32,000 nt of DNA from Rhodobacter capsulatus SB 1003 (GCF_000021865.1 NC_014034.1:2490001-2522000), one strand, 5' to 3'. Positions 16,547-24,031 are shown, counted from the first letter of the stretch. A program made the numbers and translations. The notes: generated from the letters alone by a model not told the origin.

Positions 16547-16578
16547 TTGACAGGATGTGTTACATTATTACACACGCC
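16547..16578 (+). promoter_or_regulatory. candidate promoter of the head-tail joining operon, overlapping a TGTGTTACA motif
   Basis: TTGACA (16547-16552), 16 bp, then TACACA. The spacer contains ATGTGTTACAttaTTACACACGCC, homologous to ATGTGTTACACACGCC at 26739-26754. Confidence 0.45.
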
Positions 16579-16599
16579 TTCTTTGACGAGTTTTCGAGT

Positions 16600-16884
16600 A
16601 TGCCTTTCGTTACCGTGCCCGAGCTGAAAGCCCAGCTCAACCTCGACCATGACCTCGACGACGCGCTTTTGTCGCACCAGATCGACGCAGCCGAAGCCCA
16701 TGTCGCAAGCTTCATCGGTGCGCCGCTGACCGACCCCCTTCCGGCCGCGATCCGGCAAGCGGTGCTGATGCTCGCCGCTTACTGGTATGAGACCCGCGAG
16801 ACCGCGCAGGCCGGGGGTGCGCCCTTTGCCGTGCCGTTCGGGGTGCATGACATTTTGCAACCGCACCGGGTCTGGGTGGTCTGA
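16600..16884 (+). CDS. head-tail connector protein (gp6-like, Phage_connect_1 type)
   Basis: 94 aa: MPFVTVPELKAQLNLDHDLDDALLSHQIDAAEAHVASFIG...AIRQAVLMLAAYWYETRE, the characteristic gp6-like pattern. Confidence 0.75.
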   Translation: MPFVTVPELKAQLNLDHDLDDALLSHQIDAAEAHVASFIGAPLTDPLPAAIRQAVLMLAAYWYETRETAQAGGAPFAVPFGVHDILQPHRVWVV

Positions 16885-16885
16885 C

Positions 16886-17365
16886 ATGGCCGAGCTGGAC
16901 CTGAACGCCCAAGCCGCCCGGCTGGCGCGGCGCCTTGAAGCGATTCCTGCGACCGTTCTGGAAGCCCTGCGCCCCGCCGTGGTGCAGGCGGCCGAAGACC
17001 TCGCCGCCACCGCGCGCAGCCTTGCCCCCGAGGCCGAGGGTGATCTGAAAGCTTCCATCGTCGTGACCCCGCCCGGCGCCGAGACCCCGGCTTATGCCGA
17101 AGGCGGTGGCCGTCGCGTCGCGGGGGCCAATCAGGCGCTTGTCACCGTGGGCAATCCCGAACAGCGTCACGGCCACCTTGTCGAGTTCGGCACGAAGCCG
17201 CATGTGAACGCCGGGCAGTTCGCAGGGACGCAGCACCCCGGCACCGCGGCGCAGCCCTTCCTTCTGCCCGCTGCGCGTCTGACCGAGGATCGCGCCCGGC
17301 GCCGGATCGCCCGCGCCATCGGTCAAGCCGTGCGCAAGGCCGCGCAAGGGGGTGGTCATGCTTGA
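16886..17365 (+). CDS. HK97 gp10-family head-tail joining protein
   Basis: 159 aa: ...LKASIVV...HGHLVEFGTKPH...AQPFLLPA..., the gp10-like motif set. Confidence 0.7.
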   Translation: MAELDLNAQAARLARRLEAIPATVLEALRPAVVQAAEDLAATARSLAPEAEGDLKASIVVTPPGAETPAYAEGGGRRVAGANQALVTVGNPEQRHGHLVEFGTKPHVNAGQFAGTQHPGTAAQPFLLPAARLTEDRARRRIARAIGQAVRKAAQGGGHA

Positions 17366-17780
17366 CCCGGCTCTTGCCTTTCAAACCGCCGTGCGGGCGG
17401 CGCTGATCGACGCGCCCGAGGTGCTGGCCCATGTGCAACCCGCGAACATTCGCGCAGGCAGCATCCGCCCCGAGCGCCTGCCTTCGGTGGTGCTGGGCGA
17501 TGCCCGCACCGAGTTCCTGGGCTGCGCGGCCGGGTCGCAACGTCTCGCGCGGGTGTTCCTGACGCTGCATATCTGGGCGCAGGAAGACGGTGCCGACACC
17601 GCGCGCCAGATCGGGGCGGCGATCTATGGTGCGCTGGAGTTCGGGCCGAAGGACACGGCGGAAATCAGCCTCGACGACTGGGCGCAACCTCGCATGGTCT
17701 GGTTGCGCGATCCGCAGCCCGAGCTGACGCTGACACATGGCGCGATGGCGCTTGAGGCCGTTGTCCGGTGGCGGGTGTGA
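17358..17780 (+). CDS. DUF3168-type tail completion/terminator-like protein
   Basis: 140 aa: ...LAFQTAVRAALIDAPEVLAHV...PSVVLGD...LTLHIWAQ..., a pattern typical of DUF3168 phage proteins. ATG overlaps the upstream stop. Confidence 0.6.
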   Translation: MLDPALAFQTAVRAALIDAPEVLAHVQPANIRAGSIRPERLPSVVLGDARTEFLGCAAGSQRLARVFLTLHIWAQEDGADTARQIGAAIYGALEFGPKDTAEISLDDWAQPRMVWLRDPQPELTLTHGAMALEAVVRWRV

Positions 17781-17782
17781 CG

Positions 17783-18094
17783 ATGCAGGCCGGAAAGCTT
17801 CAAAACCGCATCGCCCTGCAACGGCTGACCGAGACGGTGGCGGCTTCGGGGGCCGTCACGACCACCTGGGCGACCTATGCGCAAGGCCGGGCCGAGCTGC
17901 GTCAGGCGGGCGTGTCCGAGTTCCTGACCGCTGCGACCGAGGCCACGACGAAGAACGCGGTGTTCCTTCTGCGCTGGCTGCCGGGCGTGTCGGTGGCCGA
18001 TCGCATCCTTCACGATGGCACGGCATGGAACATCGTTGCCATTGCCGAGATCGGGCGCAGGCGCGGCCTTGAGCTGCGGGCGGTGGCCGCATGA
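17783..18094 (+). CDS. phage head closure / head-tail adaptor protein (Phage_H_T_join type)
   Basis: 103 aa: MQAGKLQNRIALQRLTETVAASGAVTTTWATYAQGRAELRQ...NAVFLLRW...RILHDGTAWNIVAI, the classic head-closure pattern. Confidence 0.75.
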   Translation: MQAGKLQNRIALQRLTETVAASGAVTTTWATYAQGRAELRQAGVSEFLTAATEATTKNAVFLLRWLPGVSVADRILHDGTAWNIVAIAEIGRRRGLELRAVAA

Positions 18095-18097
18095 AGC
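18079..18097 (+). repeat. 19-bp perfect direct repeat, left copy (flanks the MTase-like gene)
   Basis: GGCGGTGGCCGCATGAAGC, identical to 18717-18735. Each copy spans a ...AVAA stop with an overlapping ATGAAGC start. Confidence 0.9.
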
Positions 18098-18732
18098 CCG
18101 CAGCGATCTTCCTTTATGAACTCTCGGGCAAGTCTGCCGAGCCCTTCGCGGCTGCGGGTTGGGATTGCTACTGCATCGACATTCAGCATCCGGGCAACCG
18201 CACCGAAGGCAATGTCCACTTCGTTCAGGCCGATGCGCGGCGCTGGAAACCGACCCGCGACATGGTGGAGCGCTGCCGGTTCTTCGCGGCCTTTCCGCCC
18301 TGCGATGATCTGGCGACCTCGGGCGCGCGCTGGTTCAAGGGCAAGGGTCTGCACGCGCTGGCCGATGCCATCGAACTTTTCGCCATCGCCGCGGAATGGG
18401 CCGAGTTCTTCGAAGTGCCCTATCTGATCGAGAACCCGCGCAGCACGATCAGCACTTATTGGCGCAAGCCCGATCACAGCTTCGACCCCTGCGACTATTC
18501 CCGGCTGGCACCCTCCGAGCATTACACCAAGAAAACATGCCTCTGGACCGGGGGCGGTTTCGTGATGCCCGCCAAAACCCCGCTGCCCGGCCCGGCGCAG
18601 GCCAATGTGATCCGTGACATGAAGGGCAAGGGCCGCGCGCGGGCGAATGCGCGCAGCGTGACCCCGACCGGCTTCATGCGCGCGGCCTTCGAGGCGAACT
18701 TCGGCGCGACGGCGCAGGCGGTGGCCGCATGA
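18091..18732 (+). CDS. compact DNA (cytosine-5) methyltransferase-like protein
   Basis: 213 aa. It has a degenerate motif I (FLYELSGKS...AAGWDCYCIDI), a motif IV-like AAFPPCDDLATSGA (PC dipeptide), a motif VI-like YLIENPRS and a C-terminal RSVTPTGFMRAAFEANF. No room for a normal target-recognition domain. Confidence 0.5.
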   Translation: MKPAAIFLYELSGKSAEPFAAAGWDCYCIDIQHPGNRTEGNVHFVQADARRWKPTRDMVERCRFFAAFPPCDDLATSGARWFKGKGLHALADAIELFAIAAEWAEFFEVPYLIENPRSTISTYWRKPDHSFDPCDYSRLAPSEHYTKKTCLWTGGGFVMPAKTPLPGPAQANVIRDMKGKGRARANARSVTPTGFMRAAFEANFGATAQAVAA

Positions 18733-18735
18733 AGC
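18717..18735 (+). repeat. 19-bp perfect direct repeat, right copy
   Basis: GGCGGTGGCCGCATGAAGC, identical to 18079-18097. Confidence 0.9.
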
Positions 18736-18737
18736 GC

Positions 18738-19142
18738 TTAGTAGAACATCCAGCGCTCTTGGGCCGGTCCTTCAAGCGAATACATCATGCCGCTTTGCGC
18801 ATCGAAGGTGCAAAGGAAGTTCCCGGTCTTCCGTCCGATTTGATCCTTCGGCACGATGACTTCGAAAACCATCTGGCCGTATTTCTTCCAAGAACGCCCA
18901 AGGTAGAATTCACCGTCGCGCTTCCCGTCCTTGGTGCCCTCTTCCCTCAGCCATTTGACGCATTCTTGCCCGTAGTTCTCGCGCTCGAAATCCGTGGTCT
19001 TCGTGGATTCCATTTCGGCGATCTTCTGTCGGGCCTCGACGAACTGCGTCCGAACCCGTTCGTATTCGTCGATCCCTTGGAACAGGGCGTATCCCGTCGC
19101 GGCATTGGTCAAAACGAGAAAGACGATAAGGCAATTTCGCAT
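18738..19142 (-). CDS. secreted/periplasmic hypothetical protein (the only reverse-strand gene in the island)
   Basis: 134 aa starting MRNCLIVFLVLTNAATGYALFQG (signal-peptide-like), followed by a charged globular part with 2 Cys. Third-position G/C bias supports this strand over the + strand ORF 18729-19208. Confidence 0.6.
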   Translation of the reverse strand: MRNCLIVFLVLTNAATGYALFQGIDEYERVRTQFVEARQKIAEMESTKTTDFERENYGQECVKWLREEGTKDGKRDGEFYLGRSWKKYGQMVFEVIVPKDQIGRKTGNFLCTFDAQSGMMYSLEGPAQERWMFY

Positions 19143-19204
19143 GGCTGTTCTGTCTCTTGCTTCAATGGCTGGGGGCAGTTTTCCACTTATCTTAAGGACT
19201 TGCA

Positions 19205-19600
19205 ATGAGCGCCATTGCCCTTCGCGGGGTGAAGCCCGCACTCAAACCCGATGCCGAGGCGCTGACGAAGGTGCCGCCCGCGCCCGCCTATCTCTCGCTT
19301 CACGCGAAGGCGGAATGGAAGCGCATCTTTCCGCAACTGATCGCGCGCCGGATCGTCACCCGTGCCGATCTGGCGGGCGTCGAAGCCTATTGTTCGGCCG
19401 TGGGCATCTGTCGGCAGATCGAAGCCGATCGCACGGCGGCAGGCGGGGTGATCGACAAGACCGCCTTCGGCATCTGGAACCGCGCAGCCCAGACCGCCCG
19501 GCAACTTGCTTCGGAATATGGTCTCACGCCGACCTCGCGCGCCCGCATCGGCTCGGCCGCGCCCGAGGATGCCGAAGACGATGACCCGCTGTCGGTGTGA
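19205..19600 (+). CDS. terS: phage terminase small subunit, P27 family
   Basis: 131 aa: ...APAYLSLHAKAEWKRIFPQL...ADLAGVEAYCSAVG...ARQLASEYGLTPTSRARI, the P27/Terminase_4 pattern. AAGGA RBS. Confidence 0.8.
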   Translation: MSAIALRGVKPALKPDAEALTKVPPAPAYLSLHAKAEWKRIFPQLIARRIVTRADLAGVEAYCSAVGICRQIEADRTAAGGVIDKTAFGIWNRAAQTARQLASEYGLTPTSRARIGSAAPEDAEDDDPLSV

Positions 19601-19603
19601 CGC

Positions 19604-21217
19604 ATGACGAGCCAAAGCACCTATCCGACCTGGGTCTTCGACGGCTCGCCGATCGACGACCCGCAAGGCGCGGGCGAGCGGGCGGTGCAGTTCCTGCGAC
19701 GGCTGCGCCATCCGGCCAGCACCGCGCCGAAGCGCGCCTTTCAGCTTGCGCCCTGGCAAGAGCGCATCGTTCGGCGCATCTATGGCCCGCGCGATGCGCA
19801 GGGCGCCCGCGTCGTGAAGATGGTCTTCCTGATGATCCCGCGCGGCAACCGCAAGACCTCGCTCGCCGCCGCGCTGGCGCTGTTGCACTTGCTTGGCCCG
19901 GAACGGGTGCCCGCCGGGCAGATCATCTTTGCCGCCTCGGATCGCGAACAGGCGGGCATCGGCTTTCGCGAAGCGGCCGAGATCATCCGGCAAGACCGGC
20001 GCCTTGAGGCCGTGACCCGGCTTTATGACGCCCATAACGCGCCGAAGGCGATCAAGAGCACCCGCGACGGCTCGGCGCTGAAGGCTGTTTCCTCGGATGG
20101 GCGCGCGCAGCACGGCACGACGCCCACCTTCGTTCTGGCGGACGAGATTCACGTCTGGCAGGGGCGCGAGCTTTGGGAAGCGCTGCAATCGGGCATGGCG
20201 AAGCGCGCGGGCGGGCTGACCGTCATTGCCACCACCGCAGGACGCGGGAACGAAGGTCTGGCCGCCGAGCTTTACGCCTATGCGCGCGGTGTGGCGCTTG
20301 GGCAGATCGTGAACCCCGAGTTCCTGCCGATCCTCTTCGAGCCCGATCCGGGCGCGGATTGGGAAGACGAAGCGCTCTGGCATCGGGTGAACCCCGGCCT
20401 GGCGCATGGCTTTCCCGACCTCGACGGGCTGCGCTCGCTGGCCCGCAAGGCGAAGGACAGTCCGGGCGAGCGTTACAGCTTCGAGCAATTCAACCTGAAC
20501 CGATGGCTCGGGAACTCGCGCGACCCGCTCTTCGACTTCGACACCTATGATGCGCGGGTGTTCGACGATGACGAGGAAGACCTTGAGCAACTGCCTTGCT
20601 GGCTTGGGGTGGACCTGTCGCGCTCGGGCGATCTGACGGCCGTTGTCGCAGCCTTCCATCACCCGGACGGGCAAGTGACGCTCAAGCCCGCGTTCTTCGT
20701 GCCCGGCGAAGAGCTGAAAGCCCGCGCCGACCGCGACGGGGTGCCCTATGAGCGCTGGCGCGATGAAGGGCTGATCCGGGTTTGCCCCGGCCCGATCATC
20801 GACGAAGGCATGGTCGAAGACGAGATCCGCGACCTCTGCGGCCGTTATGACGTGCAAGAGATCGCCTTCGACCCGCATCTGGCCACCCGGATGATGCAGC
20901 GCCTTTATGATGATGGCTTGCCGGTGGTCGAAGTCCGACAAGGCCCGCTGACGATGGGCGCCGCCGGGGCCGACCTTGAGCGCATCGTGAACGGCAAGCT
21001 GGTGCGCCATGACGGCCACCCGATCTTGCGTCAGCACTTCGCAAGCGTGGTGGCGGTGCGCACCGACTCCGGGCTGGTGAAGATGCACAAGGGCCAGAAG
21101 CGCGACCGGATCGACGGCGCGATTGCAAGCGCGATGGCCGTTTACCGCCTGAGCCTCGGGCAAAGCAATGCAAGCGCCTATAACGCCCCCGCCTCAAGCG
21201 GGCTTTTCGTGTTCTGA
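19604..21217 (+). CDS. terL: phage terminase large subunit (Terminase_1 type)
   Basis: 537 aa: ...LAPWQERIVRRIYG...MIPRGNRKTSLAAALAL (Walker A-like)...FVLADEIHVW (Walker B)...and the C-terminal nuclease region IAFDPH...DRIDGAIA. Confidence 0.9.
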   Translation: MTSQSTYPTWVFDGSPIDDPQGAGERAVQFLRRLRHPASTAPKRAFQLAPWQERIVRRIYGPRDAQGARVVKMVFLMIPRGNRKTSLAAALALLHLLGPERVPAGQIIFAASDREQAGIGFREAAEIIRQDRRLEAVTRLYDAHNAPKAIKSTRDGSALKAVSSDGRAQHGTTPTFVLADEIHVWQGRELWEALQSGMAKRAGGLTVIATTAGRGNEGLAAELYAYARGVALGQIVNPEFLPILFEPDPGADWEDEALWHRVNPGLAHGFPDLDGLRSLARKAKDSPGERYSFEQFNLNRWLGNSRDPLFDFDTYDARVFDDDEEDLEQLPCWLGVDLSRSGDLTAVVAAFHHPDGQVTLKPAFFVPGEELKARADRDGVPYERWRDEGLIRVCPGPIIDEGMVEDEIRDLCGRYDVQEIAFDPHLATRMMQRLYDDGLPVVEVRQGPLTMGAAGADLERIVNGKLVRHDGHPILRQHFASVVAVRTDSGLVKMHKGQKRDRIDGAIASAMAVYRLSLGQSNASAYNAPASSGLFVF

Positions 21218-21230
21218 GTGAGTATGAGTG

Positions 21231-23597
21231 ATGAATGACCTTACCCTTCCCGGCCTGATTGTTCCCGTCGAAGCCCGGATCGACAAACTGGAAAAGGCCC
21301 TGAAACGGGCGAGCCAGGCACAGGCCCGCGCGGCGCGTCAGATGGAAGACCGCGCCCGGCAATCGGTGGACCGCATGGCAAAGAGCTATGACGGGCTCGG
21401 GGCAAAGATGGCGGGGGCGCTTGGCAATCTGCCTTTGCCGGGTCTGGGCGTGGGCATCGCGGGGCTTGCGGGGGCCGGTCTTGGCGCCGGTCTGGGCATC
21501 GCCGCCGGACAGGTGCGCGCGACCGTGCGCAGTATCGCCGAGATCGGCAACGAGGCCCGCCGGGCCGGTGTGGCCGTCGAAGCGTTTCAGCGCTGGCAGT
21601 ATGTCGCCGATCAGAACCGCGTCAGCCTCGACGCGCTGACCGATGGCTTCAAGGAACTGAACTTGCGCGCCGACGAGTTCGTGACCACCGGCGCGGGCGC
21701 AGGGGCCGAAGCCTTTCAGCGCCTCGGCTTCACCGCCACCGACCTTGCCACGCGCCTCAAAGACCCCTCGGCGCTGATGCTGGAAATCATCAAGCGGCTT
21801 CAGGGCATGGACAAGGCGGCGCAAATCCGCATCGCCGATGAAGTCTTCGGCGGCACCGGCGGCGAGCGCTTTGTCGAAATGCTCGGCCGGGGCGAAGCCG
21901 GTATTGCGGCGATGATGGGGCGGGCGTCGGTGCTGACCGCCGATCAGATCGCCAAGGCCGACGACCTCGATCGGCGCTATACCGCGCTGACGGCGAGCCT
22001 GCACCGGGGCTGGCAACAGGCAGCGCTTGGCGCGGCCGACTTCGCGGCGCAGGTGTTGAACATTCAGACCGGCACCGACCGGCTGGCCGCCTCGGACCTG
22101 TTCCGCAACCGGGCACAGGCGCCGCAAATCCTCGGACCGGGCGTTGACAAGGCGCTCAAGGACAACGGGCAGGCGGTGGCTGACAATGCCAAAGCGATCG
22201 GCGATTTGTTGAGCCTTTACGAGCGCTTCGGAAGCGAAGCTGACAGGCTTGCGCCGATCCTGACGCGCTTTGGCGGCGAGCTGAACCGGATGGGCGAGAC
22301 CGGGGCCGGGCAAAGCTTGCAGGACGTGGCGCTCGCGATGCAGACCCTCACCGGCAAGCTTGACTCGGGCGAGATCAGCGCGGCCGACTTCGAGCGCCAG
22401 ATGGGCGATCTGATCAAGAAGGCGCAAGGGGCCTTTGCCTCGCTCGGCGAGATCGACGACGCGCGCTTCACCAAGGTCATTGAACGCCTGGGCGGGCTCT
22501 GGAGCGCGCTTGAGGCGCTGCGCACGAAGGCGGCCGAAGCACGGGCTGCCCTGCCGGGCGGGGCTGCAACGCTGGACGATACCCGCGGCGCAGCCATCGC
22601 CGAGGCCCGTTCGGGCAGCTATGAGAACAGCAGCCCCTATGTGCTGACGACCTCGCCCCGGCCGAAACAGCCGCCGCCGCTTCTGGGCGAAACCGGCCCG
22701 GTGGTCGGATCTGGCCAAGGGGCCGGTGGTGGTGGTCGCAATGCCGGTGACTTCGCACAGGCCGTCGCTGATCTGGAGCGTGAGAAAGCCGCCCTTGACG
22801 CTGAAGCCGCTGCGCTTGTCACCGCGGCCGCTGCGGGCCGGGGCTATGCCGAGGCGGTGGACTTCGCCCGCAAGCGCGCCGAGCTTCTGACGGCGGCGCA
22901 GCGCGAGGGCAAGGCGATCACCCCGGAACTGAGCGCGCAGGTCGATCAGCTCGCGCGCTCCTATGTCGAAGCGGGCACCCGCGCCGAGAAAGCCGCCGCC
23001 AAGCTGAAAAAGGTCGAAGAGGCGGGCAAGCGCGGGGCCGAGGCCCTGACCGACACCTTCCTTTCGGTGCTGAACGGCTCGAAGAGCGCCGAAGAGGCGG
23101 TGGCCGATCTGTTGCTTCAGCTCGCCGAGGTGCAGATGAAACAGGCGCTCATGGGGCTCTTTTCTGGCGCGTTTGGCGGCTTTGGCACATGGTTGGGCGG
23201 TCTCTTTGGCTTTGCCTCGGGGGGCTACACCGGCCGGGGTGGCACGTTCGAACCGGCGGGCATCGTGCATCGGGGCGAGTTCGTCATGTCGAAAGCTGCG
23301 ACCGAGCGCCTGGGCGTGGGCAATCTCGAAGCCCTGCACGGGGCTGCGCTGCGCGGTTATGCGACCGGCGGCTTCGTGGGTGGCAGCACCCCGAACGCGA
23401 TGCAGGCGCTTGGCGGGGCGAAGGCCGGGCCGGTGGTCACGATCAACGCGCCGGTGACGGTGAACGCGACCGGGGGCACGCAGGAACAGAACGCCGACCT
23501 TGCCTATCAGGTGGCAAAGCAGACCGAACAGATGATGCGCAACATCGTGACCGAAGAGATCATCCGTAACATGCGACCGGGCGGAATACTGCGCTAG
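21231..23597 (+). CDS. phage tail tape measure protein
   Basis: 788 aa. The N-terminus has a Gly/Ala hydrophobic stretch and ...FKELNLRADEFV...IADEVFGGTGGERFVEML (PhageMin_Tail-like). A long Ala/Glu coiled region follows. The C-terminus is GGYTGRGGTFEPAGIVHRGEFVMSKAAT. Confidence 0.8.
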   Translation: MNDLTLPGLIVPVEARIDKLEKALKRASQAQARAARQMEDRARQSVDRMAKSYDGLGAKMAGALGNLPLPGLGVGIAGLAGAGLGAGLGIAAGQVRATVRSIAEIGNEARRAGVAVEAFQRWQYVADQNRVSLDALTDGFKELNLRADEFVTTGAGAGAEAFQRLGFTATDLATRLKDPSALMLEIIKRLQGMDKAAQIRIADEVFGGTGGERFVEMLGRGEAGIAAMMGRASVLTADQIAKADDLDRRYTALTASLHRGWQQAALGAADFAAQVLNIQTGTDRLAASDLFRNRAQAPQILGPGVDKALKDNGQAVADNAKAIGDLLSLYERFGSEADRLAPILTRFGGELNRMGETGAGQSLQDVALAMQTLTGKLDSGEISAADFERQMGDLIKKAQGAFASLGEIDDARFTKVIERLGGLWSALEALRTKAAEARAALPGGAATLDDTRGAAIAEARSGSYENSSPYVLTTSPRPKQPPPLLGETGPVVGSGQGAGGGGRNAGDFAQAVADLEREKAALDAEAAALVTAAAAGRGYAEAVDFARKRAELLTAAQREGKAITPELSAQVDQLARSYVEAGTRAEKAAAKLKKVEEAGKRGAEALTDTFLSVLNGSKSAEEAVADLLLQLAEVQMKQALMGLFSGAFGGFGTWLGGLFGFASGGYTGRGGTFEPAGIVHRGEFVMSKAATERLGVGNLEALHGAALRGYATGGFVGGSTPNAMQALGGAKAGPVVTINAPVTVNATGGTQEQNADLAYQVAKQTEQMMRNIVTEEIIRNMRPGGILR

Positions 23598-23796
23598 GAC
23601 TCCACAGGAAGGCCGTGGAGCGCCCTATTGTGCCGGGGGTGGGGTTGGGCCGGAACGGGGCAGGATGGGACTCAGAGGCGCCTTCCTGAGTCTCTGGCGC
23701 GTGCCGCGGTGCAGGGACCGGGAACGGGGTCACAAACCGAGGGAGGGAAGCGGGCGCAGCCCGCGACCGACCGGGGAAGGGAGGCGTGTCGACATT

Positions 23797-23868
23797 CCTT
23801 TCCGCGGTTTCTTATTTTAGCCCCCCTTTATTTTAAGGAGTAAACTAGAAGAGAAAGCCGCGGAAAGG
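23797..23868. repeat. 11-bp inverted repeat (CCTTTCCGCGG / CCGCGGAAAGG) bracketing a ~50-bp AT-rich core
   Basis: CCTTTCCGCGG at 23797-23807 and its reverse complement at 23858-23868. The intervening tttcttattttagcccccctttattttaaggagtaaactagaagagaaag is the most AT-rich stretch of this region. Confidence 0.7.
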
Positions 23869-23884
23869 ATTGCTGACACCTCCG

Positions 23885-24031
23885 CGGTTCTAACCCTCCC
23901 TTCCTCGGTTCTAACCCTTCCTTCCTCGGTTCTGATCTTCTCTTCGCCGGTTCCAAGCAATCCTTCCCCGGTCATAAGCAATGCCGACCCGGCCTGACAA
24001 ATCCGCGGACCGACCAGAATACCACTTGACG
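23885..24031 (+). repeat. 21-bp phased iteron array (5 clear units, 2 degenerate), running into the RHH promoter
   Basis: The units are CGGTTCTAACCCTCCCTTCCT, CGGTTCTAACCCTTCCTTCCT, CGGTTCTGATCTTCTCTTCGC, CGGTTCCAAGCAATCCTTCCC, CGGTCATAAGCAATGCCGACC, CGGCCTGACAAATCCGCGGAC and CGACCAGAATACCACTTGACG. Inverted iteron-like AACCGAGGGAGGGAAG and ACCGGGGAAGGGAGG lie at about 23735-23785. Confidence 0.7.

Noticed and set aside
18729-19208. 159-aa + strand ORF starting at the ATGAAGC of the right 19-bp repeat
   Set aside because: The opposite strand gives a protein with a clear signal peptide, a balanced composition and G/C-biased third codon positions. The + frame translation is Leu/Pro/Phe-rich without features. 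It may be a relic of the start of a displaced gene.
11158-23597. Possibility that this is the RcGTA-type gene transfer agent structural cluster
   Set aside because: The element has its own integrase and att repeats in a tRNA, plus TerS P27 and HNH genes. Its gene order differs from the conserved g1-g15 GTA order, and it lacks the GTA tube, distal tail, hub and megatron genes.
23628-23843. 71-aa ORF in the region after the TMP gene
   Set aside because: It has no RBS and a Gly/Arg-rich composition. It overlaps the inverted iteron copies and the AT-rich core, which is better explained as structured non-coding DNA.
23885-24031. Possibility that the 21-bp periodic repeats are a CRISPR array
   Set aside because: The units are directly adjacent with no spacers, they degenerate progressively, and they are far shorter than CRISPR repeat-spacer periods. 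No cas genes are present.
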